Origin: Candidatus Electrothrix yaqonensis
Lineage (GTDB): Bacteria; Desulfobacterota; Desulfobulbia; Desulfobulbales; Desulfobulbaceae
Direction: 5' to 3'
Assembly: GCA_047651235.1 (NCBI GenBank)
Contig: CP178758.1
Location: 1,950,001-1,982,000, forward strand
Length of the DNA stretch: 32,000 nucleotides
Position numbers and translations under genes: made by a program. The notes under the pieces were generated by a model that worked only from the letters and a program-made list of their open reading frames with translations, searched no databases and was not told where the DNA came from. Position 1 is the first letter of the stretch. The number at the start of each line of letters is the position of its first letter. Positions 1 through 7,438 of this stretch are shown one piece after another.

Positions 1-402
1 GTTGGCACCGAGATCGGAATATCCTATACGGGAAGCTGAACGGACATGAATGATTCTCTCATCATCCTGCTTTTCCGGAAAATAAAATTCAACGTCATCA
101 ATAAATCGAAACAGCGCAGACGTAAACTCTGCCCGAATATAATCATCTTGAACTTCCAGAATCTTTGTTCGATCTTTGGACTCAAGTATCTGCAGGAGAC
201 GGTCTTGCGCTTCCTGTTCTGTTCCAGTGAAATGGAGAGGCGGAATATAATGTTTTTCATCTGCTGTCTGACTGTTCACACAGTTCGGAGCTTCCGGGCA
301 TGCCATCAGCTCGCCATTCTTTAGCCCCAGCTCAGGTCTGCTCCCTGAACAACCCGTTAACAGGAGCAGGATTGTCGGAAGAACAAGAAGTTGTCTGTTC
401 AA
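1..402 (-). CDS. DUF1499-family lipoprotein; C-terminus lies beyond the window edge
   Basis: Absent from the ORF track because it is open at the edge. Hand translation from TTG (402-400), with AAAGGA 2 nt upstream, gives MNRQLLVLPTILLLLTGCSG (lipobox LTGC) ...CPEAPNCVNS...FRFIDDVEFYF...IHVRSASRIGYSDLGAN. This matches the DUF1499 pattern as I remember it. Confidence 0.7.
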   Translation of the reverse strand, partial: MNRQLLVLPTILLLLTGCSGSRPELGLKNGELMACPEAPNCVNSQTADEKHYIPPLHFTGTEQEAQDRLLQILESKDRTKILEVQDDYIRAEFTSALFRFIDDVEFYFPEKQDDERIIHVRSASRIGYSDLGAN

Positions 403-437
403 TATCCTTTGTCCGTTGTGGTTATACCACTTGAAGT

Positions 438-472
438 CAGCCGCAAGAAAAAGGCCGTTTTTTTTGCGGCTG
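438..472 (-). terminator. Possible hairpin downstream of tpx
   Basis: CAGCCGCAA (438-446) pairs with TTGCGGCTG (464-472) around an A/T-rich loop. There is no clean U-tract after the stem on the minus strand. Confidence 0.3.
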
Positions 473-560
473 GAGTGTGGAGTGATTTGTAAGGTGGATT
501 CGGGACGGAAAGGCTTTTTCCCAAATTCAGCGGTCCGGTGCAGCGGTTCAGGCCTGTCCT

Positions 561-1064
561 TTATGACGACAGGATATTGAGTGCATTCTGATAATCCGGC
601 TCCTCTGCTATTTCAGGAACCAGTTGGGTGTAGATGACTTTTCCTTCCTCATTGAGCACAACAATTGCCCTGGCAAAGAGACCTGCCAGCGCACTGTCGA
701 TGAGACGGACGCCGTAGTCCCTGCCGAAGTCGTCCGATCTCAGCTCTGAAACGGAAACGACATTCTCCAGGCCTTCTGCACCGCAGAATCGGGCATGCGC
801 AAAGGGAAGATCCCGTGAGATGCAGAGCACTTCCGTGTTTTCCAGCTTGCCCGCTTCCGCATTAAACCGGCGGACACTGGCTGCACACACGGGAGTGTCC
901 ACGCTGGGAAAAATATTTAAAACCAGCTTTTTCCCTTTGTACTGAGTTAATGAGATATCGCTCATGTCAGTTTTTGTCAATGTAAAATCAGGTGCATCCT
1001 GTCCTGCAGCCGGCAGCTCACCTACAGTATTGACCGGTGTTCCCTGAAATGTAACTTGCGCCAT
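561..1064 (-). CDS. tpx: Thiol peroxidase (atypical 2-Cys peroxiredoxin, Tpx)
   Basis: 167 aa. Motifs: [10 protein letters not shown] (peroxidatic Cys) and ARFCGAEG (resolving Cys). Full-length Tpx-like sequence. Confidence 0.93.
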   Translation of the reverse strand: MAQVTFQGTPVNTVGELPAAGQDAPDFTLTKTDMSDISLTQYKGKKLVLNIFPSVDTPVCAASVRRFNAEAGKLENTEVLCISRDLPFAHARFCGAEGLENVVSVSELRSDDFGRDYGVRLIDSALAGLFARAIVVLNEEGKVIYTQLVPEIAEEPDYQNALNILSS

Positions 1065-1147
1065 TGTGTTGTTCCTCCTGTTAAATGAGATGGTTCGTTG
1101 TGAGTGGTAATTGCTGAGAAGAGGTTAGAGAGGGAGGTTGTAAAGAA

Positions 1148-2467
1148 TCACAACCGTTTGCTTACTGAAATAAAAAATTCCACACCTGCATTTGTATCCG
1201 GTTTACACCAGGCACTCCCGCCATGCTGTTCAGCTATCTCTTTGACAATTGCGAGACCAAAACCGAAGCCTTCTATGCCGGACGCATTGATTCCCTGTTC
1301 CAAAAAAACAAAGAGCTTTTCGTCATCTCCTTCAGGAATACCAGCACCGTTATCTTGTACAGAGAGAATATGGAACTGGTCGGTTTCTGTATAACCTATC
1401 TTTATTTGATTTAAATCTTCTCCGCCATATTTTAATGCATTCTGAACAAGATTCCGCAGGACTCTCAACAGGGACAACCTGTCAGCTCGTATTGCAGGTA
1501 AAGTTTCAGATGCAGTCAATTCTATCTGCCGATGCGTTAAAGGGACGTTAAATTCATCTTTTATCTCCAGAACAAGGTCAGGTAAATTCACCTGTTCAAG
1601 CTGCAGCCGTTGTTTTTGGGTTAATATGTATGTATTGATATTGTCAATAAGTACAGCCAGCTGTTCAGAAGATCTGAGGATTTGATCGCAGCATGTCTTT
1701 CCTTTTTCATCAAGGAAATGGCTGTGATTATTACGGAGGCGATTTGTCAGCCCGCAGAGTGCAATAGTCGGATTCTTGAGATCATGGGCCATTGTATAGG
1801 CAAACCGCTTGACCTGTTCGGATGTTGCTTCCAGATTTCTTAAGATAGGATTGGTTATCTTAAAGAAAAGAGCAACCCCGATGGCGATCATAAGCACCGC
1901 AACAGTCCCGCTCAGTAAACCGGCCTGAATAAATGGTTCCCGCACTTCTGCAAGATCAATTTTTGCAACGATCCCAAGGTTCAGTTCCGCTACCGGTTCA
2001 TAGGCAGCAAGGACTTTTTCTCCCCGATAATCAAGCCCGATAATCGTCCCGGATTTCCCTGATAAGGCCCGCCGCATCGGCTCTGCCAATGGAGAATCCC
2101 AGGGCACCGGCCTGAGCTGGTCAAGATCATAATGACGGTGGCTCAACAGGAAGACGATTTGATCATTTTCCTTTGTTGAGAGAGTAAACTCTCCAGTTTT
2201 GCCAAAACCCCGGTACATAGAATGCGCTTCTATTATCTGACGGAGCGTGGCCTCTCTTCTTCCGAAGGGAAACGTGGTCTTGTACATTTTATTGAAACGG
2301 GCAACTGCTTCAATAAAACGGGCCTGACTGTCAACGGTCTCTACCAGGCGTGATTTTTGCTGTTTGACTGCAGTCTGATAAAGAATGGTGACAGTCACCG
2401 TCTCGACGACAAGAACGATAGCGGCCATTATCAAACTCAACAGGATTACTCGATAATGGGGTTTCAT
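1148..2467 (-). CDS. Sensor histidine kinase with an N-terminal TM-flanked extracytoplasmic (Cache-like) domain
   Basis: 439 aa. H-box AHDLKNP, N-box NLVQNALKYGG, G1 DNGAGIP, G2 GFGFGLAIV. Two TM segments flank a domain of about 150 aa. GAGAGG SD before the ATG. No response regulator is adjacent. Confidence 0.9.
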   Translation of the reverse strand: MKPHYRVILLSLIMAAIVLVVETVTVTILYQTAVKQQKSRLVETVDSQARFIEAVARFNKMYKTTFPFGRREATLRQIIEAHSMYRGFGKTGEFTLSTKENDQIVFLLSHRHYDLDQLRPVPWDSPLAEPMRRALSGKSGTIIGLDYRGEKVLAAYEPVAELNLGIVAKIDLAEVREPFIQAGLLSGTVAVLMIAIGVALFFKITNPILRNLEATSEQVKRFAYTMAHDLKNPTIALCGLTNRLRNNHSHFLDEKGKTCCDQILRSSEQLAVLIDNINTYILTQKQRLQLEQVNLPDLVLEIKDEFNVPLTHRQIELTASETLPAIRADRLSLLRVLRNLVQNALKYGGEDLNQIKIGYTETDQFHILSVQDNGAGIPEGDDEKLFVFLEQGINASGIEGFGFGLAIVKEIAEQHGGSAWCKPDTNAGVEFFISVSKRL

Positions 2468-2681
2468 TTACCTCTCTTGTTATCCTCTGTGTTCTGTCGA
2501 ACAATGCCTGGAAAGGAGTATGATGTGAAACTCAAACATCATGAAGCAGGAAAGTCAAGAGAAAGAGCAGAGCCGGAGGGCTTCTCGTTTATGCCGTAAC
2601 CATCAGCAGGATCGGCGGGCAGGCCTTTGCGGTCGGGAAAACAGTGAATCGATGGCTTGCGGAGCTGATAGAGCAGGCAGT

Positions 2682-3404
2682 TTATGATATATCGATTGCT
2701 CTCGCGACTGTAAAAGTTTCGATCTTCATTGAACCGGCTTCCCGGAGCACGCTGGCGCATTCCTGCAGGGTGGAGCCGGTGGTGAGTACGTCATCCACCA
2801 GGAGAATGCGTTTTTCCTGTACCGCAAGGGGATGTTCAATGCGGAATGCCTTGTGCAGATTATAGCGGCGGACCTTGCCGTCAAGCCGGGTCTGGGGAAC
2901 TGTGAACCGATGGCGGCGGAGCAGGTCGGGCCGGATTTTCTTTTTCCAAGCAGGAAAGCAGGCCTTGGCCAGCAGCAGGGACTGGTTGAAGCCGCGCTGG
3001 CGTAAGCGTTTAAGGTGCAGCGGTACAGGCAGAATCAGGTCAGGCTCATGGAACAAAGCGGTAGCGCCTGCCTGTTCGGCTAGGGCGGTAAAGGTGCTCA
3101 GCCCGGCAAGGCTGCCGTTGAATTTGAATCGAAGGATCAGGGTGCGGAGCGGTTCCTGATAGAGAAACAGGGAACGCGCCCGGTCAAAGGCGAAAACATC
3201 ATGTTGACAGACGGGACAGAGATGGTCTGCACCAGCCGGGAACGGCGTACCGCAGCAGGTGCAGAGCGGAGAGGAAATTCGGGAAACTCTGCTTCGGCAA
3301 TCATCGCAGAGCAGAGGAGGACGGGAGGAGGCGAGCTGCCCGTCACAGCCCAGACAGCGGGCCGGAAAGAGCAGCTCGAAAAAGGATATGAGCAGAGGAT
3401 GCAT
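2682..3404 (-). CDS. comF: ComF family protein (phosphoribosyltransferase domain with N-terminal Cys-rich zinc finger)
   Basis: 240 aa. N-terminal CLGC...CDDC...CTCC...CPVC, and C-terminal PRT motif LLVDDVLTTGSTL. Confidence 0.88.
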   Translation of the reverse strand: MHPLLISFFELLFPARCLGCDGQLASSRPPLLCDDCRSRVSRISSPLCTCCGTPFPAGADHLCPVCQHDVFAFDRARSLFLYQEPLRTLILRFKFNGSLAGLSTFTALAEQAGATALFHEPDLILPVPLHLKRLRQRGFNQSLLLAKACFPAWKKKIRPDLLRRHRFTVPQTRLDGKVRRYNLHKAFRIEHPLAVQEKRILLVDDVLTTGSTLQECASVLREAGSMKIETFTVARAIDIS

Positions 3405-3412
3405 TTGAGGCA

Positions 3413-3437
3413 GTAGGAAAAAATCTTTTTCCTCTAC
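3413..3437 (-). terminator. Hairpin between the icd stop and the comF start (possible terminator or attenuator)
   Basis: GTAGGAAAAA (3413-3422) pairs with TTTTTCCT-CT-AC (3426-3437) with a 2-nt bulge. It lies in the 39-nt icd-comF spacer. Confidence 0.3.
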
Positions 3438-3443
3438 CGCATG

Positions 3444-4661
3444 CTACGCCTGCATTGCCGCCTGCAGATTCTCATCCAGCTTGGCGAGAAACTCTTCCGT
3501 GGTCAGCCAGCTCTGATCGCCACCCACCAGCAGAGCCAGATCCTTGGTCATGAAACCGGACTCAACGGTTTCCACGCAAACCTTTTCCAGGGTCTCGGCG
3601 AATTTGACCACATCCGGGGTGTTGTCGAACTTGCCGCGATAGCTCAGACCCCGGGTCCAGGCAAAGATGGAGGCAATGGGGTTTGTGGACGTGGCATTGC
3701 CTTTCTGGTGCTCCCGGTAATGGCGGGTCACGGTGCCGTGCGCTGCCTCGGCTTCCACGGTCTGACCGTCTTCGGTCATCAGCACGGAGGTCATCAGGCC
3801 CAAAGAGCCGAAGCCCTGAGCAACGGTGTCCGACTGAACATCGCCGTCATAGTTCTTACAGGCCCAGACAAAACCGCCTTCCCATTTCAGAGCTGCAGCC
3901 ACCATGTCATCAATCAAACGGTGCTCATAGGTGATGCCTGCCTCAACGAATTTATCAGCAAACTCATTCTCAAAGATCTCCTGAAACAGATCCTTGAAGC
4001 GACCGTCATATTTTTTCATGATCGTGTTCTTGGTGGACAGATACACGGGCCAGCCCAAGTTGAGGCCGTAGTTCATGCAGGAGCGGGCAAATCCCCGGAT
4101 GGAGTCATCCAAATTGTACATGCCCATTGTGCAGCCGGAAGACGGAAAATCAAAGACCTCGTGCTCAATGGGCTCACCGCCGTCGGCAGGCTCGAACTTC
4201 ATAGTCAGCTTGCCGGGGCCCGGGATGAGAAAGTCGGTTGCCCGGTACTGATCACCGAAGGCGTGACGACCGATGACAATAGGTTTGGTCCAGCCGGGCA
4301 CCAGCCGGGGAATATTGCTGCAGATGATCGGCTGCCGGAACACGGTGCCGCCGATGATGTTGCGGATCGTGCCGTTGGGTGATTTCCACATCTCCTTGAG
4401 ACTGAATTCCTCCACCCGACCCTCGTCCGGGGTGATGGTGGCACATTTGACCCCGACCCGATGCTCCCTGATCGCGTTGGCCGCATCCACGGTGATCTGG
4501 TCGTTGGTCTCATCCCGTTTCTGCACGGACAGATCATAGTATTTCAGATCCACGTCCAGATAGGGCAGGATCAGTTTGTCCTTGATAAAGGCCCAGATGA
4601 TTCGGGTCATCTCGTCGCCGTCAAGCTCGACAATGGGATTTTTTACCTGAATTTTGCTCAT
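3444..4661 (-). CDS. icd: NADP-dependent isocitrate dehydrogenase, eukaryote-like homodimeric subfamily
   Basis: 405 aa. The N-terminus [23 protein letters not shown]...LKYYDLS and overall length match IDH1/IDH2-type enzymes. Confidence 0.93.
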   Translation of the reverse strand: MSKIQVKNPIVELDGDEMTRIIWAFIKDKLILPYLDVDLKYYDLSVQKRDETNDQITVDAANAIREHRVGVKCATITPDEGRVEEFSLKEMWKSPNGTIRNIIGGTVFRQPIICSNIPRLVPGWTKPIVIGRHAFGDQYRATDFLIPGPGKLTMKFEPADGGEPIEHEVFDFPSSGCTMGMYNLDDSIRGFARSCMNYGLNLGWPVYLSTKNTIMKKYDGRFKDLFQEIFENEFADKFVEAGITYEHRLIDDMVAAALKWEGGFVWACKNYDGDVQSDTVAQGFGSLGLMTSVLMTEDGQTVEAEAAHGTVTRHYREHQKGNATSTNPIASIFAWTRGLSYRGKFDNTPDVVKFAETLEKVCVETVESGFMTKDLALLVGGDQSWLTTEEFLAKLDENLQAAMQA

Positions 4662-5005
4662 TGTTCCTCCGATGGTTGTATATATACTGAAAGGTGTTGA
4701 TTATTCGATATTCAAAGGGATATTCTGTGAAACGCTTGTCGCCGTCATGCTGCGTTTCAGCTCGTCGTAGTTGGCTTGATAAAGATCAATATCTGGATGA
4801 CCTGTTGGGAATCTTTTTTGCATGATGGAAATGGCTTGCTCAAACATGGTCGCTGCTTTTGAATACTTTTTTTGAGCATAATACAGTGCGGCAAGATTAT
4901 TAAAAGATGCAGCAACATAAGGATGGTTCTCACCGAATGATTTTTCTGTAATATCCAAAGCACGCTGAAACAATGGCTCTGCTTTTTCGTACCAGCCCTG
5001 CATAT

Positions 5006-5016
5006 AATACAATACA
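5006..5016 (-). repeat. 5-bp tandem duplication (AATAC AATAC on plus, TGTAT TGTAT on the coding strand) causing the TPR frameshift
   Basis: Read directly at 5006-5016. Removing 5 nt rejoins the two ORF frames (frame offset +2). Confidence 0.8.
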
Positions 5017-5341
5017 GCGCGGCCAGATTGTTCAAATCATGGGCAATATCAGGATGATCTTCGCTCAATAATTTTTCGTTAATTTTCAAAGCACGTTTGT
5101 AGAGTGGTTCCGCTTCCTTGTATCGGTGCTGCTTTCGATACAGCCCGGCTATATTATTCAAAGTCGTCGCGGTTGAGGGATGCTCCCCGCCCAATGACTT
5201 TTCTTTAATATATAGAGCACGTTTGTACAGCGGGTCCGCTTCTGCATACCGACCCTGTGTTTTATACAGCTCGGCTAAATTGTTCAGGGTTGTCGCAACA
5301 GAGAGGTGGTCTATGCCTAATGACTCTTCATCAATCTTCAG

Positions 5342-5593
5342 AGCACGCTGAAACAATGACTCTGCTTTTTCGTACCGGCCCTGCGCATCATACAGCAAAG
5401 CCAGATTATTCAGGGTCGCCGCAACCTCAGTATGATCTTTTCCCAAGGACTTTTCCTTAATCTCCAAAGCACGCTGAAACAATGGGTCTGCTTTTTCGTA
5501 CCGGCCCTGCGTATCATACAGCGAAGCCAGATTGTTCAGGGTCGTCGCAACATCGATATGATTTTTGCCCAAGGATTCTTCCTTGATCTCCAG
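5342..5593 (-). repeat. Two adjacent 126-bp TPR-encoding units, 111/126 nt identical by hand alignment
   Basis: Units 5342-5467 and 5468-5593 were aligned base by base with 15 mismatches. They belong to an array of about 880 bp made of 126-bp (42-aa) units. Confidence 0.85.
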
Positions 5594-6695
5594 AGAATGT
5601 TGATACAACAATTCCGCTTCCGCATACCGGCCCTGATCACTATAAAGCCATGCCAAGTCATGCTGAAGGCGGGCAAGCGCAAGCTCATCTTTCCCGGCTT
5701 CTCTGATTTTGAGCAGTCGTTTCAACCATTCCTCTGCGTGCTTATAATCAGCCAATGTCCGGGCCATCTTCCCGGCAGCAAGGAGATAATCCGGGTTGTT
5801 TTCCTCCCAAGCAACGGCCTTTTTATACTGGCGCATTGCTTTTTCGTAATCCAGCCGATCTTCCGCCAATCGTCCACTCCGAAAGGCGGCCAGCGCGGCA
5901 ATCCGGTTTGACTCATCAGCCACAGTATCAAAAATTTGTTCCGCCGTTTCAGTGTCGCCGTGTTCAATCTCTGCTATGGCTTTATCGATTTGGGCTTCCG
6001 GAATTCTGTCTTTGAGTTCCTTCTCTTTTTTCTTGAAAAATTTTAGTTCTTCCCGTGTCTCCTTGAGCAGCTGATTTTTCTCTGCATAACTTTTCTCTGT
6101 ATCAGCAAGGCGTGTTGATACCTCTTGTAACCGTTGTTCCAGGAGAAAACGTTCTCGACCATCAACATCCTGCAGTCTGCTGAGCAGCTTATCCAGCAAT
6201 TTTTTCTGCCCTGCCTCGTATTGCTCTTCACTCAGCCCGAAATTGTTTACCGTATTGTTAACGGCGCCGATCTGACTGCTGTTAAACGTCTGATTCACAC
6301 CGCCGTTATTTGGCTGACCGGCAGGCTGCTCCGGCGGCAGAGCCGCAGGCGCAAGCAAATAAACCATCACAAAGACTGCCAGCGCACCACCGGCGTGAAT
6401 CATTAACAGTGCCCCAGGCTGCATTTTCAGACGGATCATGCCTGGAATGACCCCAGCAATTCCGGCGGCAGCCAGAGCCAGCGTGATACGAAACACTGTA
6501 TACTGAAACGCTGTTGGATTTGGAAACCAGATAGCCAGCACCAGCACAATTGTCACAAAGCACAGGCCGAAGAAAAAAGCCAGCAGCTTGCTTCTGGCCT
6601 CCAGTGTGGCAAGCAGTTGAGCAAGCCTGTCTTCCGGCGGGGCTTTTGTTCTTCTTGGAGAAGCAGTCATGCTTTCATTGTGGGCAGCCTATCAA

Positions 6696-7031
6696 TCAGT
6701 TCACCGCAAAACCGCTGTGTCGGCGGTATCTTTCCGGCTGAAACCCAAGAACAATCTGATCAGCGGAAATACCTTGTTCCACAAGCTGCCGGGCAATCTC
6801 CGCATCCGTGCTGTCGTGCTGCAGCCAGACTTTTTCATCTTTTAAGTCAATATGGATCAGACAGCCATGAACCCGTTTTTTCCCTTGCCACCCAACTGCA
6901 ACTAATTGATAGCGGCCCTGGGCATCATCAAAAATAGTTTCCATTTCAATCTCACCGCCTGAAGGCCGGTGTCGGGCGTATTCAGCCAGAATTGATTTTA
7001 TAACGCCCTGACATTCTTCTTTTACAGCCAT
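6696..7031 (-). CDS. xisI: XisI family protein
   Basis: 111 aa. YQLVAVGWQGKKRVHGCLIHIDLKDEKVWLQHDSTDAEIARQLVEQGISADQIVLGF matches the XisI pattern. Its ATG overlaps the ancestral xisH stop (ATGGCTGTAA). Confidence 0.88.
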   Translation of the reverse strand: MAVKEECQGVIKSILAEYARHRPSGGEIEMETIFDDAQGRYQLVAVGWQGKKRVHGCLIHIDLKDEKVWLQHDSTDAEIARQLVEQGISADQIVLGFQPERYRRHSGFAVN

Positions 7032-7304
7032 TGCGTGATCACCTCTTGCTCTTCATCAAAAACAAGCAGCCGGAGCTGATGGGCCTTGCAGGCTGCCTGT
7101 CCAAAGACAGTTCCCGATGAAACTTTTAATTTCAACAGCAATACGTTGCCCGTCCTTATCCGCACCCAGCAGAACCTCAGCGCCCAAATCAATGAAAAAA
7201 TCAAAGCCGCCATATTTGAGATGCAACGGGTCATGGGTAACGGTCCAACCGTCTTTGATCAGGGCCTGTTTCACTGCATCATGGCAAATATCTTTTGCAG
7301 GCAT
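7022..7304 (-). pseudogene. xisH: XisH family protein (PD-(D/E)xK-like), apparently frameshifted and internally shortened
   Basis: The N-terminal 64 aa MPAKDICHDAVKQALIKDGWTVTHDPL...AVEIKSFIG are canonical XisH. The conserved C-terminus QLRLLVFDEEQEVITQWL is in another frame (+1) and ends 10 nt inside xisI. The reconstructed length of about 93 aa falls short of my recollection of about 135-140 aa. Confidence 0.6.
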
Positions 7305-7354
7305 ACAGTTACCTCAACAAAATTTTCGGGAGAAATCATGTTCGCATCCTCAGA

Positions 7355-7383
7355 TTCAAACAAACCGGATTTTGAAATCCCGG
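7355..7383 (-). terminator. Putative intrinsic terminator downstream of the parC-like gene
   Basis: On the minus strand, CCGGGATTTCAAAATCCGG (7383-7365) forms a hairpin followed by TTTGTTTG. Confidence 0.45.
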
Positions 7384-7438
7384 AAGAGCAACAGCATAGC
7401 CGATCACCCTCTGCCCGTCAACCGACATGCCGACCTGA

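Larger units (their letters stand above)
4701..6670 (-). pseudogene. Membrane-anchored coiled-coil / kinesin-light-chain-type TPR repeat protein, frameshifted near 5006-5016
   Basis: Two ORFs (4757-6670 and 4701-5012) together carry seven 42-aa TPR units (LNNLAxLYxxQGRYxxAEPLxxRAL). The reading frame is lost right after LNNLAALY. Deleting one copy of the tandem TGTAT (coding strand) restores LNNLAALYYMQGWYEKAEPLFQRAL. The N-terminus has 3-4 predicted TM helices followed by a coiled coil. Confidence 0.8.

Noticed and set aside
24-324. ORF-track candidates 24-260 (minus strand) and 46-324 (plus strand).
   Set aside because: Both are out of frame with the DUF1499 reading frame, which shows a lipobox and conserved motifs over the same DNA.
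3441-4382. Long plus-strand ORF (313 aa) antisense to icd. Similar antisense ORFs lie at 7958-8893, 13514-14362, 18088-18906, 19592-20458 and 24806-26008.
   Set aside because: Each lies entirely opposite a strongly supported minus-strand gene. Their translations are low-complexity (rich in Gly, Arg, His and Leu) with no recognisable motifs. They are typical shadow ORFs.
4990-5030. Programmed ribosomal frameshifting or phase variation as the explanation for the TPR and vapC frame breaks.
   Set aside because: There is no slippery heptamer or stimulatory structure at either site. Only two repeat copies are present, whereas contingency loci normally carry many. Simple mutational duplication is more parsimonious.
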